Both the position numbers and the translations under genes were made by a program. This document shows positions 53,412-64,000 of a stretch of DNA of 64,000 nucleotides, piece after piece. Source of the stretch: Eledone cirrhosa (lineage: Eukaryota); assembly GCA_964016885.1 (NCBI GenBank), contig OZ024749.1, forward strand, positions 53,010,001-53,074,000. The letters run 5' to 3'. The stretch's first letter is position 1; each line of letters begins with the position of its first letter. Under the pieces are notes generated by a model. It ran no database searches, was not told the origin of the DNA, and saw only the letters and a list, made by a program, of their open reading frames with translations.

Positions 53412-53453
<42 letters not shown>

Positions 53454-55284
53454 TGTTGAGAGATTCTTGGTGAGTTATTTAGTTCATCTTGTCAGAATTC
53501 CAGTATATTTGTAATTTGAAAAAAAAAATAAAAAAAAAGAGAATTCAATTTCTTTAAAGCATGTACAGATAAATCATTAGTTTTCAACATTTATATCTGA
53601 TATATTAGCGCCATTAAAAAAATAAATTACTACTACATCTGTTAATAGTCCATAAATTAAATTGTCATTTATACAAACATTTTTGGATTTTGTTGTTTTT
53701 CATTATTATAAACATTTTTAGATATTGATCTTTTAAGGAGTTACATTCAACTAATCTTTCACACACTTTCAATGTTGCTAGTTTCTTATACATGGCACGG
53801 TAAAATCTACTTTTCCCCAGTGTATATATATATATCTGTATGTATATATATGTATACATGTGCATATATATTTATGTATATATGTGTGTGTATGTATACA
53901 TATATATATATATATATATATACACACCACAAGATATATAATGTTATTCTGATGATTCATTTATTTACAGTAACTATTTTCTTCAAAATATCATTTTAAT
54001 TAATTAATTAGTTTTTCTTTGTAAGGAGTAATTAGTAAAACAAATTAGCTGCTTTATGGTGTCTTTCTCTATATTTATATTTAGTACTTTGTATTTCTTC
54101 GTAGTTCTCATTTAGGTCAACTTTACTTTTCAGCTTTCTCAAGTCAAAAGATATCTGCTTATAACATTGGTCGAGTTAATACCTTTTGTTCACGTTTTCC
54201 TCCCCCAAACAGAGGGTCATTTATGTCTACAAAACGAAATCATTGTAATTCTAAGATGCCTCAATGAAATGCATATTTTAAAGTTATGCATAAAGAAAAA
54301 AACAGGAAAAGTAATTATCATTTTTCTAGAGCTACTAACTGCTGTTGGCAAAGTGAATGAGATACAATATTTACAATATTTTTCTCAAATCATTGTTTGA
54401 TGTGTCCTATGTTTCAGTATCTAAATGGTTTCTCGTTCTCTATTGTAATAATTTAGAATGGTTGTTATATATATGAGAACAGCAAATATGTAAAATATCA
54501 AAGCTTGTCCTTGCTGCATATATGCATTTGTTTTGTTTTGTTTTGTTTATTATTAACATCATTCCAAACCCTGATCCACTTTCCTGCTTTAATAAGATTC
54601 TTCAAATCATTGTTTGCTTTTGTAGGTTTCTTCCTTTTTCTTTACCTCCACAAAATAACTTTCTTCTACTTCATAAACACAAGCCATGTTTATTCCTAGT
54701 TTTAACTTTTCTGCTGTTCCCTGAAAAAACATTTAAATTCTTGTAAAATTGACAAAAATAAAAAAAAATAAAAAAGACTAACCATAACTATTTAACTTTT
54801 AGAATTTTTTTTTCTGAATGCCAAATGAAAAATTCTGAAAGATTTTTTTTTTTACAAGAATATAAATTTTTCACTTTAACTTTTAAGTAGTTCATGTTTA
54901 TATATTTAGTTTATATTTTAAATAAGACCAATGATAATTTCAGGCTGTTATTAGAAAGAACTTTAGATATTGTTCTTCAATATCTAACATATCAACATTA
55001 CAGTTGCAATATATTGTTGCTGGTTACTGTAATATTTTCAAGAGGTATTTCCTCCTTGTGGCATGTATGAAACGCACACATACACACGCTTCTAGTTAAG
55101 ATCACAAACTCTTATTTATATTTTATATATATTATATATTTTATTTATTTATTTATATATATTAGGTCTTTAAGTACGAAATATCCAATCTCCTTAAGCA
55201 CTTTCAATTTGAAATCAAACATTTTATACTTAATTATATTATATTATATTATATTATATTATATTATATTATATTATATTATAT

Positions 55285-55325
<41 letters not shown>

Positions 55326-55465
55326 GAAGGCGCATGGCTTAGTGGTTAGAGCATTGGGCTTGCAATGGAAAGGTTGTGAGTTCAATTCTTGGACTGGGTG
55401 ATGTTTCCTTGAGCAAGACACTTTATTTCACGTTGCTCCAGTTTACTCAGCTGTAGAAATGAGAT
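55326..55465 (+). mobile_element. tRNA-derived SINE, family 2
   Basis: A box tggcttagtgg, B box gagttcaattc, cttgagcaagacactttatttcac. Confidence 0.75.
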
Positions 55466-55630
55466 GATAGGACTGAGGTCCCTATCATTAAATCACCCAA
55501 GACACCTTTGAGATATATATATTATCAGTTTTAAACAAGGGCTAGGCTATTTACTAGTATCTTATCATGCTACTACTTCTACTCAAATAAAATTAATTCT
55601 AATACCCATTTTCTTTCTTTCTCTCTTCAG

Positions 55631-55673
55631 AGACAACACCAGTTTCAGAAATACAGATGTATTTCTGAAATGA
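55631..55673 (+). CDS. EIF4E2: eIF4E2 last coding exon
   Basis: ctcttcag|A GAC AAC ACC AGT TTC AGA AAT ACA GAT GTA TTT CTG AAA TGA = (K)DNTSFRNTDVFLK*, the conserved D..SFRNT tail of 4EHP. Confidence 0.93.
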
Positions 55674-56630
55674 CATTAAAATGAATCTTCTGCTGACCTT
55701 GAATGATGCCATCCTGTCTATTGGACATCTTATTGTTGTTTTTCTCTGTGTAAGCAGTGTTTCTAGCTCTCTTATAACACTTTCTACATTTTCCATTCCC
55801 AACAATTTCTTCTGCTTCTACATCTCCGTTTTTCTCTCCACCTTTCCTCTTTCTATTTCCTAATAAATTATTTTCAATTGTGTCCATTATAAAGTATTCT
55901 ATTTGTTAATAAATAACATAAAATAAAATAAATGCATACATGTACAAGAACTATATGAACATATTTGGAATTGTTTCTGTTTGGATGTAAAGGTAGAATT
56001 ATTTTTATGTATTTCTAAAGATATACCTACTACGTCTTCAATATTTAATTAAATATTAAAATCATAATAAAAAAAAATACATGTCTTGGAAGCATTTTAA
56101 AGAAAAAGTTGGTAAAAAAATATGCAAGAAATGTAATGTTTTTTAATGTATGGACATGTATAAAAAGTATTTCTTCTGACCAAAAATAGGGTCAGATGTT
56201 TTTTGTTTTTGTTTTGTTTTCTGGGGGAAAACATTTTAAATGTTTGTACACATTGTTTATGTGATGTTCTGAGATCTATGACAATATGACTGAATAATCA
56301 GATTAAAATATTGAACTTACTTTTGTTTTTCCTTTTCTTATTGATTTCCATTTTGTTCTCACGTACATTGTATTGTTTCCTTGGTCAGATCTGATGATCA
56401 ACTCCTTTTTTTTTTCAGTTGTAGCCAATTGAAAGACCAATGGAAACATTGTTTCCTTGGTCCACTTTGATGAGTTCCCTCTCATGTTAAGTGAATGACA
56501 TTTGGTATCTTGTCGATTGTTTCCTATAAGGATGGTGAGTTCTCAGACAAAATACCTTAACGCTATGTGGTTAATTTTCTTGACATTCATTCATTCATTC
56601 ATTCATTCATTCATCATCATCGTTTAATAA

Positions 56631-56867
56631 GAATGGATGAGTTACAATCTCTATGATCACATCACCCCAAACATATGACCTCCAAGCTACCCAGACCTGA
56701 ATCCATTGGACTTATGTATAAGGCAGGTGTAGTCAAGAGGGAAGTCAACCAACACTCCCCATAACAGGCACAATGACCAAAATAAAGTCCATCTGATTTG
56801 GTTATGTCAACATTTCAGATTTCATATTGAAGCAGTCATCAATACTAATAACGGTTTCATTGAGTAG
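56631..56867 (+). mobile_element. decayed Tc1/mariner transposase C-terminus
   Basis: EWMSYNLYDHITPNI*PPSYPDLNPLD (WPPxSPDLNP motif) ... FRFHIEAVINTNNGFIE*. Confidence 0.7.
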
Positions 56868-57329
56868 ATGTGTCAAAGTCTTGAGATTAGTCATTGCCAA
56901 TTTTTTCTCAAATAAAGCTCTTCTTTCATGACTTGTGAGGCTTTACTAAATCTATACGAATGTCCTCAAAGACTATGGCTTTTATTCTTTTGGGGACAAT
57001 AAAATAAATACTGGGAGCAATATAATTGACTATTACTATATTATTAATTCTCCCTAAATTTCTGCTCTTGCCCCTATATTAGTTAGAAAGCCTTTGAAAT
57101 AACCTTTCGTAAACCTCTTAACAACATATATTCTCATGGCTTATTCTAATCCAATCCACAGCTTCCCTGCCCCTGGTTGACCTCCATCGCTTTTGGTCAT
57201 GTCAGGGTTGTAGCCCTATTTACCACGCTTGGCCAATTGTGGGTTGGTGGCTATTTAATCCATTGTTGGGGTGGATGGCCGTCTGGTGAGGAGGGTAAGT
57301 GGAACCCCAGCATGGCTTGTTAGTCTTAA

Positions 57330-59418
57330 CCCTTTAACATTACATTACTCTATATTTACTATTGTATTTTCATGGTAAAGGCTTTACCTCACATAATATC
57401 TCACATAACATTTACATTACTCTATATATACTATTGTATTTTCACGGTAAAGGCTTTACCTCACATAATATCTCATAACATTTACATTACTCTATATTTA
57501 CTATTGTATTTTCATGGTAAAGGCTTTACCTCACACAATATCTCACATAATATTTACATTACTCTATATATACTATTGTATTTTCACAGTAAAGGCTTTA
57601 CCTCACATAATACCTCACATAACATTTACATTACTCTATATTTACTATTGTATTTTCATGGTAAAGACTTTACCTCACACAATATCTCACATAACATTTA
57701 CATTACTCTATATTTACTATTGTATTTTCACAGTAAAGGCTTTACCTCACATAATATCTCACATAACATTTACATTACTCTATATATACTATTGTATTTT
57801 CATGGTAAAGGTTTTACCTCACATAATATCTCACATAATATTTACATTACTCTATATATACTATTGTATTTTCATGGTAAAGGTTTTACCTCACATAATA
57901 TCTCACATAACATTTACATTACTCTATATATACTATTGTATTTTCATGGTAAAGGTTTTACCTCACATAATATCTCACATAACATTTACATTACTCTATA
58001 TTTACTATTGTATTTTCACAGTAAAGGCTTTACCTCACATAATATCTCACATAACATTTACATTACTCTATATATACTATTGTATTTTCATGGTAAAGGT
58101 TTTACCTCACATAATATCTCACATAACATTTACATTACTCTATATATACTATTGTATTTTCATGGTAAAGGTTTTACCTCACATAATATCTCACATAACA
58201 TTTACATTACTCTATATTTACTATTGTATTTTCACAGTAAAGGCTTTACCTCACATAATATCTCACATAACATTTACATTACTCTATATATACTATTGTA
58301 TTTTCATGGTAAAGGCTTTACCTCACATAATATCTCACATAACATTTACATTACTCTATATATACTATTGTATTTTCATGGTAAAGGTTTTACCTCACAT
58401 AATATCTCACATAACATTTACATTACTCTATATATACTATTGTATTTTCATGGTAAAGGCTTTACCTCACATAATATCTCACATAACATTTACATTACTC
58501 TATATATACTATTGTATTTTCATGGTAAAGGCTTTACCTCACATAATACCTCACATAACATTTACATTACTCTATATTTACTATTGTATTTTCACAGTAA
58601 AGGCTTTACCTCACATAATATCTCACATAACATTTACATTACTCTATATATACTATTGTATTTTCATGGTAAAGGTTTTACCTCACATAATACCTCACAT
58701 AACATTTACATTACTCTATATATACTATTGTATTTTCATGGTAAAGGTTTTACCTCACATAATATCTCACATAACATTTACATTACTCTATATATACTAT
58801 TGTATTGTCACAGTAAAGGTTTTACCTCACATAATATCTCACATAACATTTACATTACTCTATATATACTATTGTATTTTCACAGTAAAGGCTTTACTTC
58901 ACATAATATCTCACATAACATTTACATTACTCTATATATACTATTGTATTTTCACAGTAAAGGTTTTACCTCACATAATATCTCACATAACATTTACATT
59001 ACTCTATATTTACTATTGTATTTTCATGGTAAAGGTTTTACCTCACATAATATCTCACATAACATTTACATTACTCTATATATACTATTATATTTTCACA
59101 GTAAAGGTTTTACCTCACATAATATCTCACATAACATTTACATTACTCTATATTTACTATTGTATTTTCATGGTAAAGGTTTTACCTCACATAATATCTC
59201 ACATAACATTTACATTACTCTATATATACTATTATATTTTCACAGTAAAGGTTTTACTTTACATGATTATCTTACTTAATATTGAGTCTATGGATTTTGA
59301 TATTATTTATTTTGAGAACAATACCTTAACATCAATATGAATGGCCAGTTACGGCTGGTTTGAACAGAAAGAGGTGAGAGAATTCTGGCCAGATACGGCC
59401 AGTTTAAATGCTAAAGGG
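57330..59418 (+). mobile_element. family A piggyBac-type MITE expanded by an internal 72-bp satellite (about 27 copies)
   Basis: TTAA|CCCTTT at 57330 and AAAGGG|TTAA at 59418. The unit matches the MITE's 5' internal segment, with 24-codon periodicity. Confidence 0.92.
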
Positions 59419-60633
59419 TTAATCAATAATTTTACAATGTTGTTATTGTCAGCTGGGCAGAGTTGTTAGAACGCGGGACAGATTACTTTGTGGTATTCAT
59501 TCCAGCTCCCTGCTTTCTGAGTTCAAATCCCACCAAGGTCAACTTTGCTTTTCATCCTTTTGAGGTAAAAAAACATACCACAAGCACAACGACTGAGGAG
59601 GATGGAGGGTACTAGTGAACATAGTTTACTCAATGTGCTAGCTTGCAGCGCACGAGTGAAAAGAAGATCACTCTATCTCTTTCCATCTCTAACTGATACC
59701 CCCCCCCCCCCCCCCAAAAAAAACTGCGATGAGTAATTTTAAAATTGTATGAAAATTGAACCCTGACAAATTATGGTTTTTGAATCCAAGAATTACAGCA
59801 TGTTTGGACAATATTTTACAAGGAACCTACCATATATACTTGAATATAAACCGAGGAATATGTGACCCTATGGAAACAACACGGTCGAATGGTTAAGAAA
59901 TTCACTTCATAATCATTAAGTCTTGGGTGGTATCTTGGACAAGTGTCATTTACCATACCTTCATGTCGATCTCTGTTGTCATTGTTTGTGAGTGGGTAGA
60001 CAGGGACTGTTCGGAAGCCTAGGCTGTACCTCTAACTCAATGTGTCACGTCAAATCTCCCTGAGAACTACATCAACAGTACATATGTCTGTGGAATGCTC
60101 AGCCACTTAGACTCGTTATTTTAATGAGCAGGCTGTTCAGTTGATTGAACAGTTCTAACCAACTGAGATCCATTCTACTTACCGTATATACTCGAATATA
60201 AGCTGACCCCACCCGATGTCCGGGGAATGGGCAAAATTCCAAAGCTAATAAACACATTTAAATGGCATATATAAGCCGACACTCGACTCCGCCTTTTACC
60301 ATCAATTATTTAGGGGGTACACCCAGTCAATCGATCTTCCGACACAGTCGATTGACTGGTCTATTATGATTTAATAAGTTGGTACGTTAACAAATAAACA
60401 TTCTTTCAGCAATAGAAAAAACAACTTTAAATGATTTTAAATTTAATCTTTAGCCTGATTATCATATATGAGGACTCTGCCCCCACGACTCTCTCAGGAA
60501 TAAATGGGCGAAGAAAAAGAAGAAGCATATATATCAAAGATATTCTGAATTTAGCGAGAAAAGTAAAAAAAAAAGCAACACGGAATATTATTACAAGAAG
60601 GAACAATTTTAGCTTGCACCGTTTGGTAAAAAC

Positions 60634-60698
60634 ATGGCGGCAATTAGCACGAAACAAAAGCTTCTAACTCTTATAGATGATATTGAAATAGTATCAAA
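60634..60698 (+). CDS. MED4: Mediator subunit 4, exon 1
   Basis: aaaacATGGCGGCA: MAAISTKQKLLTLIDDIEIVS AA|gtacgt, matching the MED4 N-terminal helix. A YY1-like ATGGCGGC overlaps the start. Confidence 0.9.
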
Positions 60699-61033
60699 GT
60701 ACGTATTTTTTTAAATTTCATACTCAAGAATAATTTCTTGTTTAGCTTTGTGTAAAATCATGTTTTTTTTTCATTTTCTAATTTTTCCTTTACTTTAAAG
60801 AGCGTTAAAGCCTGTCTCTGAATTAAACAACAACAATAATATGTATATATGTGTTATTGAAAACATTTCCATGAAATCCCTTTCCTAATCCCTATTCCGC
60901 TTTAAATCCTAAATCTCCTAATTAGACAATGAACCTTTATAATGTTTTCGTTTTAAAATGTGATATATAGAACTGAATATATATATATATATATATATAT
61001 AAGTGATTTTGGAAACTCTGCTTCGTAGAATCG

Positions 61034-61130
61034 AGACATATCTGACGATCTTGCGATTTCAGAGTCAGGTTTGATCATTGCATCGATCGTGCCTCGAGCT
61101 GGTCGCCAGAGAAACGATTGTAATATGTCT
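61034..61130 (+). ncRNA. type I hammerhead ribozyme motif (family H1), sense in MED4 intron 1
   Basis: AGACATAT-CTGACGA(61042-48)-[TCTTGCGA...TCGCCAGA]-GAAAC-GATT-GTA(61122)-ATATGTCT. Confidence 0.78.
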
Positions 61131-61185
61131 AATAAATCTTATTCGTCGCACCACTGATTCTCTGTTTCTTATGTGATATATATAT

Positions 61186-61325
61186 ATAGGAAAAGAGTCA
61201 GGACCCCGACGGCTGAGCTCCGGCCGTGTCCTGACTCTTTTCCTATTACCCACTCTACTACCCTAAGTATTGAGTACTCTGGTGCGTTATGGTCCACCTG
61301 GTATCTTACCACACCTTTGTTATAT
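61186..61325. mobile_element. family H2 fold-back element (shorter palindrome)
   Basis: ataggaaaagagtcaggac...gtcctgactcttttcctat plus the same tail as 50640-50700. Confidence 0.7.
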
Positions 61326-61610
61326 ATATATATAGTCGAAACGGCACGAGCCCAGACGTCAGGTCCCCCCTCTCTAATATATATAACATCGAGTACCTAT
61401 GGTCACCTCTTAGGGTACATATATATAATAGTTCTCAGCTATTATCTATAGTGATCCACAATTATTGTGGTCATTTCTAGGTTGGGATTACTACATTTGA
61501 AATGTTAAACTTTCAGCTATTATTTATGTGTGTGTGTGTATTTATATATATATATATATATACATATACACACACACATATATATATATATATATATGTG
61601 TGTGTGTATT

Positions 61611-61686
<76 letters not shown>

Positions 61687-61697
61687 TGTGTGTGTGT

Positions 61698-61762
<65 letters not shown>

Positions 61763-61773
61763 TGTGTGTGTGT

Positions 61774-61842
<69 letters not shown>

Positions 61843-62138
61843 CTCTACTCCCCTCCCCTAAAACTTCTAGTCATGTGTACCTAATTTAGAAACCGTTATA
61901 TTTTGGTGAATACATGTTTATCCCTTTCATGACTGCATTTCTAATGAAATACACTCTCTTTTAATTAATCAATGAAGTATTTTGAGGGATTTACTTCAGT
62001 TAGCAATTATTTTATTACTAAGATTAATTAAATTAGAAACTTTTAAAATGGGAGGTTTTAGCTAGATTTGGCCAGGTTGGTAGCAAAAGAGTTGTACAAT
62101 TTACTTCAATTGTATTTCAATTTGTTATCTTTTCTAAG

Positions 62139-62260
62139 GGAGTTGTTTGATGTAATGAGCACCCCCAAGAACCAACAAAAGACAGATGCACCAGATCCTG
62201 CCCTTTTGATGGAATTACTTGTTCAGAAAGATAAAGAAATGAAAGAATCATTAAAGCTTG
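62139..62260 (+). CDS. MED4: MED4 exon 2
   Basis: ctaag|G ELFDVMSTPKNQQKTDAPDPALLMELLVQKDKEMKESLKL G|gtgagt. Confidence 0.9.
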
Positions 62261-62307
62261 GTGAGTAGTTGTATTTAAACCCCTTTATTATCATTATTAT
62301 CATCATT

Positions 62308-62562
62308 AAAAGCACCCAGTCCACTCTGTAAGGTGGTTGTGCTGGTGACACAACAAAAAACACCCAGTCCATCCTGTAAAGTGGTTGTGCTGGTCACACA
62401 ACAAAAAAACGCCCAGTCCACCCTGTAAAGTGGTTGTGCAGGTGACACGACAAAAAACGCCCAGTCCACCCTGTAAAGTGGTTGTGCAGGTGACACAACA
62501 AAAAACACCTTACCCATCCTATGGTCATTTTGGTGCCATGATAAAAAGAACCCAGTCCACAC
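62308..62562. repeat. tandem ~48-50-bp units derived from the RTE-tail SINE
   Basis: cccagtccaccctgtaaagtggttgtgc repeated. Confidence 0.7.
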
Positions 62563-62691
62563 TAAATGTGTTAATGGTGGCGCTAGTGGTGATAATGGCA
62601 GTGGCTGTTATTGTGTTTTTTTTTCTTTTAATTCTGTTATTAAATTCCATTGTCAGTTTCTAAGGGTAAAACATTATTGTTGTTGTTTCAG

Positions 62692-62807
62692 CTGAAGAAC
62701 AGATGGACATTCAGAAGACGATGGATGAGTTGAAACTGGAAGTTGAGAAACGAGACACGGATATAAGGAATTTACAGAAGAACTTTAAAGAAGCTGAAAC
62801 TATTTTA
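62692..62807 (+). CDS. MED4: MED4 exon 3
   Basis: ttcag|AEEQMDIQKTMDELKLEVEKRDTDIRNLQKNFKEAETIL|gtaagg, with EVEKRD..I..LQK..KEAE conserved. Confidence 0.96.
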
Positions 62808-62914
62808 GTAAGGATACCATCATCATCAGCATCATTATTGTTTTAATGTCCACTGTCCCTGCTAGAAAGGGTTGGATGGGTCTATATAGACTGTGTCAGC
62901 ACTGAAGCATATTC

Positions 62915-63197
62915 ACAACCACCTCCACCAACACCACCATCATCATCATCACTGCCACTACCATCTCCACCACCACCACCATCTCCACCACCACCACCAT
63001 CTCCATCACCACCACCACCATCACCACCACCACCGTCACCACCACCACCACCGTCACCACTATCACCATCGCCACCACCACCACCACCATTATCACTACC
63101 ACTACATATCCATCACCAACATCACCCTTCCACCGCCACCATCACCACCACCACCACCACCACCACCACCACCACCAGCACTATCATCATCATCATC
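62915..63197. repeat. (CAC/CAT)n trinucleotide tract, intronic
   Basis: Direct inspection. Confidence 0.9.
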
Positions 63198-63214
63198 TAA
63201 TTCTATTTCTCCAG

Positions 63215-63359
63215 GCAACTGCAATCTACCAAGCCAAGCAGAAACTAAACTCTATAGCTCAAGCTAATAAAAAGACGATATCATCGGAAGAACTTATCAA
63301 ATTTGCTCACAGAATCAGCGCCAGTAATGCTATAGCAGCACCAGTTACATGGGCACCAG
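63215..63359 (+). CDS. MED4: MED4 exon 4 (gene continues beyond the window)
   Basis: ccag|[49 protein letters not shown]|gtattt. Confidence 0.97.
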
Positions 63360-63551
63360 GTATTTAGTTCTTATCTACTTCTTCTGCTCTTCTGTATTCT
63401 TTCATCTTTCTCTGTATTTGTAGTTACTGAAAGGTAAACAAAAGCTAAGCTTTGTTGCAAGAGATGTCAACATGAATGGACCTGTTATTTTATCTAAATA
63501 CATTTTTTTCCAACCCGCCCGTCCCCTCAATCTATCGTATTTCTCATTCTT

Positions 63552-63587
63552 TCTTCTGATGAAGGACTAGCGTCCGAAACGTTAAGA
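63552..63587 (+). ncRNA. minimal Penelope-type hammerhead ribozyme motif, sense in MED4 intron 4
   Basis: TCTT-CTGATGA-A-GGAC(TAGC)GTCC-GAAACGT-T-AAGA: 4-bp stem I, 4-bp stem II, palindromic ACGT in place of stem III. Confidence 0.7.
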
Positions 63588-63671
63588 CCCTTTTCCTGCT
63601 ATATCAAGCGTTAACCTAATATATCCCTTCCATATACTGTACTGATTGTGTTGTTATTTCTGTTTACCTTT

Positions 63672-63775
<104 letters not shown>

Positions 63776-64000
63776 CATAGCTCGTCCCATTCTTAGAACA
63801 ATGTCTATATATTTATTTCTCTCTCCCTATCACTCCATCTCTCTCTATCACTCTCTCCATCTCCCTCTCTATCACTCTATCTCCCTCTCCATCTCTCTCT
63901 CCATCACTCTATCTCTCACTATCCCTCTATCTTCCTCTCCCTCTCACTATCCCTCTATCACTCTATCTCCGTCTCCATCTCTCTCTCTATCCCTCCATCT

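Noticed and set aside
57372-59340. 635-aa and 608-aa ORFs
   Set aside because: They are translations of the 72-bp tandem unit inside a MITE. There is no domain signal, and two overlapping frames are open only because the unit lacks stops.
61502-61889. Multiple short ORFs rich in Y/I/H/T/C/V
   Set aside because: Translations of (TA)n/(CA)n microsatellites. The same applies to similar ORFs throughout the window.
62893-63267. Poly-His/poly-Pro ORF
   Set aside because: Intronic (CAC)n microsatellite. The real MED4 exon 4 is in another frame.

Overview
AT-rich, intron-rich eukaryotic DNA, very likely an octopod cephalopod, inferred from the SINE/RTE repeats and dense (TA)n tracts. Three spliced genes were reconstructed by hand with consistent splice phases. 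(1) A Polycomb Scm/SCMH1-like gene on the minus strand: 11 coding exons at 28395->10025, about 578 aa, with 2 MBT repeats, SLED and SAM domains, one GC-AG intron, and probable 5'UTR exons up to about 39.9 kb. (2) A divergently oriented class II cap-binding protein gene, eIF4E2/4EHP, on the plus strand: 42866->55673, about 217 aa. (3) The first four exons of MED4 on the plus strand, from 60634 to past the window end. Repeats include a young but 3'-truncated RTE-like LINE at the window start, many tRNA-derived SINEs, TTAA (piggyBac-type) and Tc1/mariner MITEs, decayed LINE fragments and several minisatellites. Most ORF-track entries are repeat artefacts. The main highlight is a set of short elements next to (TA)n tracts that carry minimal type I hammerhead ribozyme motifs of the Penelope/retrozyme kind. 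Several lie in sense orientation in introns and several are converted into fold-back palindromes. Other highlights are a 72-bp satellite that expanded inside a piggyBac-type MITE and a 56-bp intronic array made of splice-site-like units. No database searches or folding computations were run.
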